Assembly: GCA_963837955.1 (NCBI GenBank)
Contig: CAWIPH010000002.1
Coordinates: 1,472,001-1,536,000, forward strand
Direction: 5' to 3'
From: an uncultured Verrucomicrobiae bacterium
GTDB lineage: Bacteria > Verrucomicrobiota > Verrucomicrobiia > Chthoniobacterales > JAFAMB01
DNA length: 64,000 nucleotides
A model generated the notes under the pieces. It was not told where the DNA came from. It saw nothing but the letters and a program-made list of their open reading frames with translations, and did no database searches. Below are positions 21,393 through 32,034 of this stretch, one piece after another; within the stretch, counting starts at the first letter, position 1, and each line of letters opens with the position of its first letter. The position numbers were made by a program, and so were the translations under genes.

Positions 21393-22297
21393 ATTTCCAT
21401 TCGTTTCTTCGAACTCTGCAAGAGTTCCAGATTCAGCGAGCGCTTTTCGGTGCCATCCTGATCGGTTTTACCAACGGCGTTTTGAGCGTGTTCATCGTCA
21501 TCCGCCGGCTTTCCTTGATGGCAGACGCGATCTCCCACTCTTTGCTACCCGGGTTAGCGATCGCTCTCATTTTATTTGGGACATCGCCCTCGACCCTATT
21601 CATCGGCGCGATCATCGCTTCGGCTTTAGTTGCGTTCGGCACTCAGGTCATCTCAAATAGTTCGCGGATCAAGGAAGACACTGCCCTGGGTCTACTGTTT
21701 GCCTGTTCGTTTTCGTTGGGCCAAGCGCTCTTAAAGTACTCGCCGGTGCACATAGCGATCTCTGATTATCTCTTCGGTAATATTTTAGGTCTGAGCGATG
21801 GCGATCTGATCCTGATCTACGGCGTGAGTTGCGTGTTGCTGCCGGCTCTCGTCTTACTCCAGCGACCGTTTCTATTGATGCTGTTTGAGCCCTCGGTTGC
21901 CGCGACCCAAGGAGTTCCGGTTCATATCCTCAAATACGCGCTGATGGGCATCCTGGTCCTGGCGATGACTTCGTCGCTGCAAGCAGTGGGTATTATCCTG
22001 GCACTCGGAACCCTCATCGCGCCGGCAGCGACTGTTTATCTCTTTGTGGACTCATTTCCGACGCTCTTTTGGGCGAGCGGGTTTCTGGGTGCGATTGGAT
22101 CGGCTGTTGGGCTGTTGGTCTCTGCTCTAACCGATTTGCCAGCCGGAGCCTGTATCGTGCTGGTGCTGGGTCTCTTTTTCTTTATCGCCTACCTCTTCAG
22201 CCCGAAATACGGGCTGCTCCGAAAGCTCCGCAAAGGGCATTTCCATGAGCAATCCTTGGCCCGCTGGAAAGAGAGCACCCGTCCGAGCGAACGTTGA
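21389..22297 (+). CDS. Zn/Mn ABC transporter permease (ABC-3)
   Basis: MADAISHSLLPG, KEDTALG, YLFGNIL. Confidence 0.95.
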   Translation: MNFHSFLRTLQEFQIQRALFGAILIGFTNGVLSVFIVIRRLSLMADAISHSLLPGLAIALILFGTSPSTLFIGAIIASALVAFGTQVISNSSRIKEDTALGLLFACSFSLGQALLKYSPVHIAISDYLFGNILGLSDGDLILIYGVSCVLLPALVLLQRPFLLMLFEPSVAATQGVPVHILKYALMGILVLAMTSSLQAVGIILALGTLIAPAATVYLFVDSFPTLFWASGFLGAIGSAVGLLVSALTDLPAGACIVLVLGLFFFIAYLFSPKYGLLRKLRKGHFHEQSLARWKESTRPSER

Positions 22298-22402
22298 GAA
22301 CTGGAATGCGGTCGAGCTTAGCCCCAGAATGATTTTCTAGGCAACGGCGCCGGCTGCTGCCATAACCTTGATTTGAAAGATTCCAATTAGTGGAATAAGC
22401 AA

Positions 22403-23527
22403 ATGCGAAATTTAACTCCCCAGACTATGAACCATCCCCCTGTTAGAGGAAGTATCTCACTCGACGCACCTCTTTCTTCCGGCGAATTGAGTGCCGCCGG
22501 AAGCAAGATTTACAGCTGGGCAAAGCAAATCGGTCGATCAGACCGATGGCGATTGCCGATGGCTTTTCTCCTTTGTCTTCTCGCTCTGTCGATGTCATTC
22601 GCGCAGAAGGCCCAGGCGCAAGAGAAGAAAAAATACACAATCGCGCTGATCCCTGGTCTCACGACCGATGCGTTCTACATTACCATGCACAAAGGTGCGA
22701 AAGCAGCAGCCGACGCGCTCGGAGCTGAGTTGGTCTTTCAGGGCGCCCCCGAGTTCAACCCTGTGCAACAGGTGCCGGTCCTCAATGCGATCATCGGACG
22801 GAAAGTGGACGCTATTCTCATCGCTCCCACCGACAAAGGACAGCTAGTGGGTCCGCTCAAGAAGGCTGAGGACAGCGGAATTCCGGTAATTACCGTCGAT
22901 ACGTTTATCGGCGATGGACATTACCAAACAGGCAGCGGGGATGCGGATTTCCCGCTTTCTTATATTGCGTCGGACAACGTTTTGGGAGGCGAAATTGCCG
23001 CCAAAGCACTGGCCAAGGCGATCGGTGACAAAGGCAAAGTTTATGTTTCCAATGTGAAGCCGAACATTTCGACTACTGATCAACGGGAGCAAGGCTTTAA
23101 GCAGGAAATGAAAAAGCACCCGAACATCACCGTCCTCGAAACTCAGTTCAACGACGACGATGCGAACAAGGCGGCTTCTCAATTTGCATCGGTGTACGCG
23201 CGAACTCCGGACCTCGCTGGAGTGTTCGGCGCCAATCTCTTTTCCGCTACCGGTGCTGCCAATGGCGTGAAACAAGCCAATGCCAAAGGGAAGGTCAGAG
23301 TCGTTGCCTTTGATGCCCCTACTTCGATGATCGATGATATCAAGGCTGGGAACATCGATATCGCGATCGCCCAGCATCCGGCCGAGATTGGATTTTACGG
23401 AGTAGTGACCGCTTATGCGCATCTAACCGGGCAATCCGTACCTCCGCTGATCGGCACCGGATTCACCGTTATTGACAAGACCAACATCGATGACCCGAAA
23501 GTGAAGAAGTTCATTTACTCGGACTAA
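22403..23527 (+). CDS. Sugar ABC transporter substrate-binding protein (RbsB-like); true start probably downstream
   Basis: Periplasmic binding fold: DAFY, IPVITVD, ASDN..GG, AFD, IAQHP. Confidence 0.9.
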   Translation: MRNLTPQTMNHPPVRGSISLDAPLSSGELSAAGSKIYSWAKQIGRSDRWRLPMAFLLCLLALSMSFAQKAQAQEKKKYTIALIPGLTTDAFYITMHKGAKAAADALGAELVFQGAPEFNPVQQVPVLNAIIGRKVDAILIAPTDKGQLVGPLKKAEDSGIPVITVDTFIGDGHYQTGSGDADFPLSYIASDNVLGGEIAAKALAKAIGDKGKVYVSNVKPNISTTDQREQGFKQEMKKHPNITVLETQFNDDDANKAASQFASVYARTPDLAGVFGANLFSATGAANGVKQANAKGKVRVVAFDAPTSMIDDIKAGNIDIAIAQHPAEIGFYGVVTAYAHLTGQSVPPLIGTGFTVIDKTNIDDPKVKKFIYSD

Positions 23528-23743
23528 GATGCGGTCCAACGGGCCTGTCCGCCATAGTCCCGCGAACGCCGGACGGAGGAGGAAGCCTCAGTTGTTGTTA
23601 ATTTGAATGTGTACAATTGGCGCAGTTGGAAGCCGGACAACCGAATGCTCGTGCACCTAAGATTTGGCGCACGAGCTGTTTGGCCCTTGCTCCTGCCCAA
23701 AATTTAAATTTCCTGTCTGATTAGAAAGAAACTGATTGCCTCA

Positions 23744-24778
23744 GTGAACTCAATTCCCCTTGAAGAAACCACTGGCGAACGCATCGGTCGGAGTGGAGCT
23801 TTCCGATACTGGTTAGCCTCTGCGCGAGCGTGGATCTTTTTGATTGTTCTGGTGGTCGGTTTCGAGGTCTGGGCGCACTTTGCCTATAATACCAGCTTCG
23901 TTCTGAATCCTTATAACGCGCAATCGATCGCGGTGTTCGCGGTCGGTCCGCTCTTGTTGGCGTTGGGCCAGACGTTCGTTGTCATATCGGGCGGAATCGA
24001 CCTATCGGTCGGATTCACGATGGGCCTCGCAGCCGTGGTATTCTCGAAGATTTTGAACCTGACGAGAGACTCGCTGGGTGAACCTGGGAGTTTCGTCGTT
24101 GCGGCAATTGTCGCTTTAGCGGCTTCAGCTATTCCAGGCCTCATCAACGGCCTGCTTATTGCGCGCCTGCGAATCCCTCCTTTCATTGGAACGCTCGGGA
24201 TGTACGGCGTTGCTCGCGGCATTGCTTATTTGTTGGCTGGCGGAACAACGGTACCGATCAGTAACTCGATCGTTTCGTTTGTCGGTAACGGCACCCTTTT
24301 CGAATTACCGATGACCGTATTGATCACTATCATCCTGACCGGTGTGATGATGTTTCTTCTTTCTCAGAGCCGTTTTGGTCAGCACACCTATGCGATTGGC
24401 GGCAACCGCCAGGCCTCTCTCCGCGCGGGAATCAATGTCTCTCGCAATACGATTGCACTTTACGTTCTGTCCGCCCTCACCGCCGGCATCGGAGGTATAC
24501 TTTACACCGCCCGTTTTTCGGCAGGCGCAGCCCAGGCTGGTGAACCGCTTCTGCTCGATAGCATCGCTGCGGTCGTGATTGGCGGGGCGAGTCTTTTCGG
24601 TGGATCAGGAACAATTACCGGCACGATCATCGGGGCCCTGATTATTGCCATTATTCAGTACGGGTTGGTCTTTGTGAATGTAGAACCGTTCTGGCAATTT
24701 GTGGCGGTCGGTATCGTGATCATAATCTCTGTCCTGGTCGATCAAACGCAGAAACAATTAGGTGGAGTTGAGGCTTGA
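23744..24778 (+). CDS. Sugar ABC transporter permease (RbsC-like)
   Basis: GGIDLSVG, IPPFIGTLG, IAAVVIGGASLFGG. Confidence 0.93.
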   Translation: MNSIPLEETTGERIGRSGAFRYWLASARAWIFLIVLVVGFEVWAHFAYNTSFVLNPYNAQSIAVFAVGPLLLALGQTFVVISGGIDLSVGFTMGLAAVVFSKILNLTRDSLGEPGSFVVAAIVALAASAIPGLINGLLIARLRIPPFIGTLGMYGVARGIAYLLAGGTTVPISNSIVSFVGNGTLFELPMTVLITIILTGVMMFLLSQSRFGQHTYAIGGNRQASLRAGINVSRNTIALYVLSALTAGIGGILYTARFSAGAAQAGEPLLLDSIAAVVIGGASLFGGSGTITGTIIGALIIAIIQYGLVFVNVEPFWQFVAVGIVIIISVLVDQTQKQLGGVEA

Positions 24779-25518
24779 TGAGTGAGCAGCCTATCTTGAA
24801 GGTTCAAGGTGTTTCCAAACGTTTCGGAGGCGTTCATGCCCTCGAGAATGTCTCACTTGAGCTTTACCCAGGCGAAGTCCTGGCCTTAGCCGGCGACAAC
24901 GGTGCCGGAAAGTCTACACTGATTAAGATTATTTCCGGAGTTCACCACCCGGATGAAGGGGCTATCTGGTACAATGGAAGTGAAGTGCGGTTCGAGAATC
25001 CACAAGCGGCCCGAGAACACGGAATCGAGACGATTTACCAAGACCTGGCCTTGGCTGATAATCTGGATGTCGGCGCAAATGTGTTTCTCGGTCGCGAACC
25101 GCTTAAGCGGGTGTTCGGATTTCCAGTGCTTGATCGGAAACAGATGCGGACCCAAGCCGCTGCAGCGTTACGGGTTCTCGATATTCAAATCCATCGGTTT
25201 GATCTGCCAATTCGCTCACTTTCCGGTGGCCAACGTCAGGCTGTCGCAATTGGAAGAGCGATCCATTGGAAGGCCAAGATCTTGATCATGGATGAACCAA
25301 CCGCTGCGCTCGGTGTACCGGAGCAGCGCAAAGTCATCGCGCTGATTAAGAGCCTGAAGCAAAGCGGCGTCGGCGTAATCTTCATCTCGCATAACTTGGT
25401 CGATATTTTTGCAGTTAGCGACCGTATCGTCGTTTTGCGTCGCGGCATCAAAGCGGGCGAACGCCCCGCTGCTGACACTAGCTCCGACGAGATTGTCCGG
25501 CTGATGGTAGGAGGCTGA
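24775..25518 (+). CDS. Sugar ABC transporter ATP-binding protein (single domain)
   Basis: GDNGAGKS, YQDLAL, LSGGQRQ, MDEPTAALG. Confidence 0.93.
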   Translation: MMSEQPILKVQGVSKRFGGVHALENVSLELYPGEVLALAGDNGAGKSTLIKIISGVHHPDEGAIWYNGSEVRFENPQAAREHGIETIYQDLALADNLDVGANVFLGREPLKRVFGFPVLDRKQMRTQAAAALRVLDIQIHRFDLPIRSLSGGQRQAVAIGRAIHWKAKILIMDEPTAALGVPEQRKVIALIKSLKQSGVGVIFISHNLVDIFAVSDRIVVLRRGIKAGERPAADTSSDEIVRLMVGG

Positions 25519-25530
25519 GGCAGAGAGCCA

Positions 25531-25573
25531 ATTTGCTATCTGCTATTTGCTATCTGTTATTTGCTATCCGAGC
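25531..25573. repeat. Heptamer tandem repeat (A/T)TYTGCT, often ending in TTCGAGC
   Basis: Same family at 9286, 33690, 35812, 62618 (inverted), related at 57911 and 63613, degenerate at 32194. Confidence 0.75.
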
Positions 25574-25580
25574 CTTTCCG

Positions 25581-25955
25581 GTGAGCGATATCCAAGATTT
25601 CCCCTACGATACTCGGCTTAATGTTTTGCACCCTGCGCTGGAACTCATAGACGAAAAGGCGCTTTCCGACTCGAGTGCGCCCTGGTTCAACCAAACGCTC
25701 TGCCGGGTCAATGAATCGGTCGTCCGGGTCGGCGTGATCCAGGGCGAGTATCATTGGCACAAGCACGACAAAGACGACGAATTCTTTTATGTGGTCGAAG
25801 GTGAGCTGTTGATCGATCTGGAGGGCCGGACGGTTGAGCTCTCGCCTAGACAAGGATTTGTCCTACCGAAAGGTGTGCTGCATCGAACCCGAGCGCCGAA
25901 ACGAACAGTCATCCTAATGGTCGAAAACGCGGGTATTATCCCGACCGGAGATTAG
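25581..25955 (+). CDS. Cupin domain protein
   Basis: GEYHWHKHDKDDEFFYV, PKGVLH. Confidence 0.88.
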   Translation: MSDIQDFPYDTRLNVLHPALELIDEKALSDSSAPWFNQTLCRVNESVVRVGVIQGEYHWHKHDKDDEFFYVVEGELLIDLEGRTVELSPRQGFVLPKGVLHRTRAPKRTVILMVENAGIIPTGD

Positions 25956-26002
25956 GCCGGTCAGTGACGAGCTGCTGTTCTGAGTGCTCCGCGGACGCAG
26001 GT

Positions 26003-26979
26003 CTACGGGCAACACTTGTCGATTTTGGCGTATAGCCTCATCTTCTCCATCATACAGTTCGCGATGACGGCGAAGGAATTGAGCGCTTGCTGCTGGACCG
26101 GCGAAAAGTGATGCGGCTTTCGGTCGGCTACACACATCGCCCCGATGGCAACGCGGTCCCGAGTAAAAAGGGGTACGCCGGCATAAAAGCGAAACTCTAG
26201 GTCCTCCGTGACAGCCGGATGATTGCGCCATTTCTTATCTCGTTTTGCGTTTTCAATCACAATGGGAAATCGCGCGGTGGCTACATGTGCGCAAATGGAG
26301 CAGGCCAGCGGCATCTCGGACTTGGCGCATCCGTAATGCGAAGCGAACCATTGTCGATCACGGTCAATAAGCGTGATCATCGACCTGTCTGTGCCGAAAT
26401 TCGTTGCCGCGAGTTCTGTCAGGGCATGAAAGGCGGCGCGGGGACGAGCGAGTCGAAGATCGCATACTCCTGCAGCGCGTCGTGGCTGCGCTGAGCGGTT
26501 TGCCGAATAGTAGACTCATCAAACGGAAAATCGGTGCGCCCCAAGTTGTGCGCAGGGTAAGCGGCCAAAGGTCGATTTCGGCGGCTAAGAGCCGGGCGGT
26601 TGGAAAAATGCAGTTCATTTCCGTCCAGGTCGAGGGCGCAGAAGTTATGCAAACCAAAAGGTTTGCTAGTCAGCTGCTCCCTCATCTCAACTCCGCGTGT
26701 CCGTAAGCGGTCGTGAAGAAACACGGCATCCGTGCAAAATAGATTAACGGCAGAACGTTGAACGCCGAGTTTGCTGGCTTGCTTCAGGGTAAGGCGCGTT
26801 CCTTCCAAAGCCAATTGCACGGAAGTATGGCCCTGCTCAAGCCACTCAAACCCTAGCTTTTTGACATAATACTCGGCAGCCGCCGCGAGATCGCCGACAA
26901 AGAGCTCGGCCGACTCGGTCTCGGGCTTCCGTCCCCCTCCGGCCGAACCAGCCAAGGAGGATTTCTCTCTCGCGGCCAT
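26003..26979 (-). pseudogene. VOC/glyoxalase + GAF fusion protein split by a frameshift near 26440
   Basis: VOC motifs (YYVKKLGF, KPFG...DLDGNEL). Adding one C to the C4 run joins ALQEYAIFDS to AFHALTELAA...LIDRDRQWF...FRFYAGVPL. Confidence 0.75.
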
Positions 26980-27220
26980 AGCCTGTAGGATTCGGCTAAA
27001 CCAGAGAAATCTTTAAAGTAATTTGGAAGACATTTTGCGGCTCGGTCAGCAAAACTCACTCGTGAGCCCTGCGGTTGGGGCGTCCAGACAATGAAGCGGT
27101 GAGGGGTTGGTTCGCTTTATAAGCTCAAAAAGCAACAATGCACCAACCCCGGATATACCAACCGTTTTAATCGAATTAGGCAGTGAAGGCCGCGAATTGA
27201 TTCGAAAGACACCCATGAAC

Positions 27221-27288
27221 GGTAGGGCGAAACAGTCCGGCCGACGCACGCGTGACAGACGGAGAGGCTAATCGCCGGACTGTGAGCC
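27221..27288 (+). repeat. GTAG-type REP-like element with extended hairpin
   Basis: GGTAGGGCGAAA CAGTCCGGC...GCCGGACTG TGAGCC. Confidence 0.7.
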
Positions 27289-27493
27289 TCGACGCATTAA
27301 CGAACAAAATCAGCCTGGCTACTTGCTCCGCCAGCGCCTGGAAGATTTAGCAGATCTGAAAGCTGGCACCGGGTGCGCGTCGATCAAACGGAGACGCACC
27401 CTGATGCCTGAAGTCGGGCGTGCCCACGAGACTCCTATTGAACGATCGTCCCCGGTAAGACTGGTGGACTGGCCGAAGTGTTGAAATCGCCGG

Positions 27494-27826
27494 TCAACTC
27501 GCGGCTGAAGAGCCCTTCTTTTCGTGAGTGATCGGCCTTCTGACGATCCAGGCCTTGCATCCATCGTCTACGACCAGCGCCGGTTCTCCGAGTTTCGTGG
27601 AATCGCCAACCTTAGCAATCGTCTCCGAATGGTAAGGGAAGTATGATTGTGAACCGAAGAAGTTTTGCTGCTCTGCCAGTTGCTTGGCGATGTCAAAGGC
27701 GCGGGCGTTCGGAGAAATTTTCTGCTCGTTGATCTTGGCCATAATCTCCTCCGATATCTCAACGATGATCACGAGCCGCTGAGCATTGGGTCTCATACCT
27801 TGGGAGAACTCTACCCGGATATTCAT
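27494..27826 (-). CDS. Hypothetical protein
   Basis: 110-aa ATG ORF with globular composition, preceded by GAGG. Confidence 0.5.
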   Translation of the reverse strand: MNIRVEFSQGMRPNAQRLVIIVEISEEIMAKINEQKISPNARAFDIAKQLAEQQNFFGSQSYFPYHSETIAKVGDSTKLGEPALVVDDGCKAWIVRRPITHEKKGSSAAS

Positions 27827-28137
27827 TTTGCCTCGGAGACAACCTTCTGATCTGCTACCTGCATACGTTGAGCCTCACGCTTCTTTCGCTTCCCAAAACT
27901 CCTGGTCGCGACGACTGCGGCAATGCCCGTGAAACGCAGTCTCGTCCTAGTGCGATAAAGGCATCCAAGGTACGCAACCTTGTAATGTAATCTATTTGGT
28001 GGCCTGCCGCACCGAAGAGAATGAACTTCATCCGGTACTAAAGGCCGGAAATCCGAATTGTCAGGCGAAAAGAAATATCTGGAGGAAGGCGGGCATGCGC
28101 CAATCCATATCGCTGCCGTGGAGAATGAGGTGCGCTG

Positions 28138-29481
28138 CTACGCTTCGCGAACGCCGAGTTGTTGCCAATATCCAGGGTTGATTACAGCACCTGAAGCTTT
28201 GCCAGAATCGTCAAAGGCGAATGACACGCGAGTGCGGTGAATGCCGGTAACCCAAAAATCCGATTCTGACATTGGCTGGAGATTAATGGATTGATCGGTG
28301 TGAAAATCGAAAAAGTCCATCGTAGGTTCGGCCCGGAGTTCGCCCTGCTCAAAGCGAACCTTTAACACCGCTTTTGGTCCAAATCGAAAAGAGCCTGTGC
28401 ACTTCTCAATGCCGGCCGATGAAACAGTGACTGGCTGAGGAGGGACGAATATCGGCTCCTCAGGCACACTGGCCAGGATCGCGTCCCACATGACTTCACC
28501 TGCGATTGTACTGAGATCCGGTAAACTCAGGCTCTGGCTAGCAACTTCTTGAGTCGATAGAGCGAAAAGCGTGTCTCCATCGACACCTGTGGAGAAAGGT
28601 TGGATCCCGCGAGCCATCGATGTATGGACCTGCACAGCCAGGCGCTGCAACGCGGTGTATCCAAGCTTTTGGTTAGTAACAACTGCACTAATTGTTGTAT
28701 TATGCGGGCCGGCTCTATGCGGATCGCTGGATTCAGCCAACCATTCTTCCGAACGGCTCGCTGGCAAGTTGGCTAATAGATCGGACGCTTTCGGCAAATC
28801 GGTCAGCCTATTCCTAAACTTTACCAGCCGGCCATCTCGGTTGGTGATGGCTCCGCTCGAGTTTACAACGACGAATGCGGCCACCTTCAGGTCGTCGATC
28901 CGGCGGAACGCGCCTCCTTGGCCCGAGTGGACGCCCCAGCCGAAAGCAGCTCCTTGCATGGCCATTCTGCCTGCGCCTTGCGCGCCCAATGGAAAAATGC
29001 CTGGCCGGAGGGCGTGTAACGCGGCCTGAGCCAACCTCTTGTCCGGATAAACCTCGTTCAGCCGTCGTCCGAAAAAATCGTATATGATAGCGCCGGCCAC
29101 CAAAGCCACGTTGTCCCAATCTCCGCCGTATACTCCGTCATCTTTCAATCCAGTGGCAACGGCGGTAATCGCCTCTTCGCCATATGCGGAGCCACCCGCA
29201 AAGACGATGGCGTCGACATTTGGATCTTCATAACCAAGGCGCAAATAGTCCGTATTCACGGTTCCCGGAGAGCCACCGCGAACGTCAACTGCTGCAGTGG
29301 CAGAGTGGGGGAAGCGGAAGATGGTCAGCCCAGTCGGTCCCTCTTCATAGGATCCGACACCGATATGGATAGCCGGCCAGTCAAATCGCAGAGCCGGTCC
29401 GTGAATTTCGGTATCGGCTTTGAGGTAATCTTGAGGCGTTCCGGCAGACACCATAAGAAAAGTGCTGTCAGTTACTATCAC
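28138..29481 (-). CDS. P1/S58 (DmpA-like) aminopeptidase with extra C-terminal domain
   Basis: GPTGLT, DVRGGSPGT, GGSAYG, NTTI, DGDTLFA. Confidence 0.87.
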   Translation of the reverse strand: MIVTDSTFLMVSAGTPQDYLKADTEIHGPALRFDWPAIHIGVGSYEEGPTGLTIFRFPHSATAAVDVRGGSPGTVNTDYLRLGYEDPNVDAIVFAGGSAYGEEAITAVATGLKDDGVYGGDWDNVALVAGAIIYDFFGRRLNEVYPDKRLAQAALHALRPGIFPLGAQGAGRMAMQGAAFGWGVHSGQGGAFRRIDDLKVAAFVVVNSSGAITNRDGRLVKFRNRLTDLPKASDLLANLPASRSEEWLAESSDPHRAGPHNTTISAVVTNQKLGYTALQRLAVQVHTSMARGIQPFSTGVDGDTLFALSTQEVASQSLSLPDLSTIAGEVMWDAILASVPEEPIFVPPQPVTVSSAGIEKCTGSFRFGPKAVLKVRFEQGELRAEPTMDFFDFHTDQSINLQPMSESDFWVTGIHRTRVSFAFDDSGKASGAVINPGYWQQLGVREA

Positions 29482-29655
29482 CTAACTTGAAGTTAAGCGA
29501 TACCTCCAGCATCTTCTGTCAACTTCCGGTGCATTGAGGCGTTTCCGTCTCGGGTGGGTGAAGAACTGCCCGTTTGAGCTATTGCGGATGGGAGAGCTCT
29601 TCAGGATTCTTGCTCGACCAAAATACCGGCAGGGGCCAACTTGAGAAGTTCATCG

Positions 29656-31116
29656 ATGAAAAGACGACGGGCCATTTGTGTCGGGCTGCTCGGCCTTGCC
29701 GGTGCTGTGGTGACAGTGGCCCTGATGCTGCACGACTACGCACGCGCGGATGTAATAGGCGGGCCGCTTCCGGCACCGCCCCTGCCGCGAGATACGATCC
29801 AACTCACTCCCGTGGAGAGGCTCGGGAAATTGATGCTCTACGATAGCACGCTGTCGAATCCTTCGGGCTACTCCTGCGCCTCCTGCCACGTGCCCGAGAC
29901 GGGCCTTACGGGACCCAATTCCGAAATTAACGCGTTCGCTGGTCCACAGCCCGGGATCGTGCCTGGGCGATTCAGCGATCGCAAGCCCCAGAGTTATCTC
30001 TACGCCGCCTTCAGTCCTGAGGGCCCCTATTATGACCCCCATTTGCACACTTGGCTGGGCGGGAATTTCTGGGATGGCCGCGTTCCCGATCTCGCTAAAC
30101 AGGGACTGCAGCCACCCCTCAATCCGAACGAGATGGCAAATACCCCTGAGGGACCTTACCCGCCCGCTTCGGGAGGGTATCCGCCACTCCTCGTTCAGAA
30201 GCTCGAGAACCGGCCATATACCGCGTTATTCAAGCAGGTATACGGCCAGGACGCCTTCCATCTCTATACCCCGAAACAGATCTACGAACTCTTCGGTGAA
30301 GCACTCGCTGCATACCAATCCTCGGGAGAGGTCTGCGCGTTCAGTTCGAAGTACGATGCCTCCAAATATGGGACGCCGCCGAGAAACCTCTATACCCTCT
30401 CCGCATCCGAGGAACGCGGAAGACAATTGTACTTCGGGCAGGCCCAATGCTCGGCGTGCCACTCCTCCGCGGCAGTACCCGCTATCCAAGCCATGACGCA
30501 GGGAAAAGACACGCTTACCATGTACTGCTATGCGAATGTCGGCGTCCCGAAAAATCTGGGCAACCCCTACTACCAACAGACCGACAAGGAGTCCAATCCT
30601 CACGGGTACAATTCACTTGGGACCAACTACGTCGATTACGGCCTGGGAGCGAACCCCAATCCAGCTCCCGACGGGACCAGATTCTACCAAAATGTTCACG
30701 GTGACATTCCCGAGTTCCGCGGACTCTTCAAGACACCGAGCATGCGCGGCACCGACAAGCGGCCCTCGCCGAATTTCGTGAAGGCTTACATGCACAATGG
30801 CGTCTTTAAGAGCCTCAAGGACGTCGTTCACTTTTACAACAAGCGGAACATCGCCGTGGACGCCAACGGCAAAGAGATCGCCTTCGACCTCCGCAAAGGT
30901 CCGCCGTCTGGCTACACCCCGCTATTCCCTCCGCCGGAGGTCCTCGAAAACGTGCAGAACGTCACCGGACTGACGCCCGCCCAGGCGGCTTCGGCGAACG
31001 AGTCGAACGGGCAGGTCGGCAATCTCCAGCTCAGTCCCCAACAGGAGGATGACCTCGTTAACTTTCTCAAGATCCTTACCGACGGGTACACCAAACCGAA
31101 CCCTGTCTCGCCGTGA
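29656..31116 (+). CDS. Di-heme cytochrome c peroxidase / MauG family protein
   Basis: CASCH and CSACH, FWDGR, NPNEM, FKTPSMR, YMHNG. Confidence 0.92.
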   Translation: MKRRRAICVGLLGLAGAVVTVALMLHDYARADVIGGPLPAPPLPRDTIQLTPVERLGKLMLYDSTLSNPSGYSCASCHVPETGLTGPNSEINAFAGPQPGIVPGRFSDRKPQSYLYAAFSPEGPYYDPHLHTWLGGNFWDGRVPDLAKQGLQPPLNPNEMANTPEGPYPPASGGYPPLLVQKLENRPYTALFKQVYGQDAFHLYTPKQIYELFGEALAAYQSSGEVCAFSSKYDASKYGTPPRNLYTLSASEERGRQLYFGQAQCSACHSSAAVPAIQAMTQGKDTLTMYCYANVGVPKNLGNPYYQQTDKESNPHGYNSLGTNYVDYGLGANPNPAPDGTRFYQNVHGDIPEFRGLFKTPSMRGTDKRPSPNFVKAYMHNGVFKSLKDVVHFYNKRNIAVDANGKEIAFDLRKGPPSGYTPLFPPPEVLENVQNVTGLTPAQAASANESNGQVGNLQLSPQQEDDLVNFLKILTDGYTKPNPVSP

Positions 31117-31227
31117 TGGCGTCGCCGGTAGGCTGATGCTCCAGCCTCAGTAACCCAAGGGCGAATCGAACTTCGTGTTCGGTTTTTCCTAGGGGTCATA
31201 ACAGAATTCTGGCGCGATTTCCATTTG

Positions 31228-31416
31228 TTAGACGTCGGCTTTTGAGTCTACGACTAGCCTGAGATTTTGAATAAGTTGGGCTTGGGCACTTATGACAGCG
31301 AGCGCATGCTCAAGCGCCTCGCTGAGGTTATTTGCTCTGTGGGCCGCCCGCGCTTTAGCGAGTCGATTGTTGGTTTCCGTAATCGCTGGGTCCCAGATAG
31401 TATCACTGGTGTTCAT
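31228..31416 (-). CDS. Small hypothetical helical protein
   Basis: 62-aa ATG ORF with amphipathic pattern. Confidence 0.4.
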   Translation of the reverse strand: MNTSDTIWDPAITETNNRLAKARAAHRANNLSEALEHALAVISAQAQLIQNLRLVVDSKADV

Positions 31417-31522
31417 CGCCCGGTTTTAGCTGCGCTAGAGCGGATTGTCGATCATCACAGCCTGCTGGCGATATACGCAATTTGACGTATTGCGATGCGG
31501 ATGGGTCTAGTAAGCTCGGCAT

Positions 31523-31690
31523 ATGCCAAATCCAGACCAGAAAACTGAGACCGAACTTCTTGAACGAGCAAAGCATTTAGCCGGACAATTAAGCGACCAA
31601 AGGACGATCACTATTTTTTGCGCCTTGTTGATCGCTGACGCAATCCGCCACGGTAGTGGACGGATTACTGAAGCTATATCAGCGCACTGA
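31523..31690 (+). CDS. Small hypothetical protein (55 aa, below ORF-track cutoff)
   Basis: MPNPDQKTETELLERAKHLAGQLSDQRTITIFCALLIADAIRHGSGRITEAISAH. Confidence 0.4.
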   Translation: MPNPDQKTETELLERAKHLAGQLSDQRTITIFCALLIADAIRHGSGRITEAISAH

Positions 31691-31836
31691 TAACTAGTTG
31701 CCCAGCTGTTACCATCTGCTGAAATTGATAAGCAGTTTCGTCGAACGGCGAGCGGGTGCGTTCCATCGGTCGAAGCTGCCGATCCATACTGCGCAGTAAA
31801 GGCGGCGACCGAAAACTATTTCGCGAAAGCGCGCCG

Positions 31837-32034
31837 TCAGAACCCGGAACGCGGAGGTTGGCTAGGTGGTTGCGGGACGCTCGGCAACTGTTCCCACGAG
31901 GCACCATCAGTGTGGACGGAGAACCTCCAAATTGTGCCGTCGTCACAGATAACAACGTACTGGTTATTCGTGTAAGAGGAGATCGCGAGCGGTTTTCTTT
32001 CCATGCCAGATCTTCCTACCAAGCTGGTTTCCAT
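31837..32034 (-). CDS. Small hypothetical protein
   Basis: VICDDGTIW...WEQLPSVPQ, a compact Trp-rich beta pattern. Confidence 0.5.
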   Translation of the reverse strand: METSLVGRSGMERKPLAISSYTNNQYVVICDDGTIWRFSVHTDGASWEQLPSVPQPPSQPPRSGF

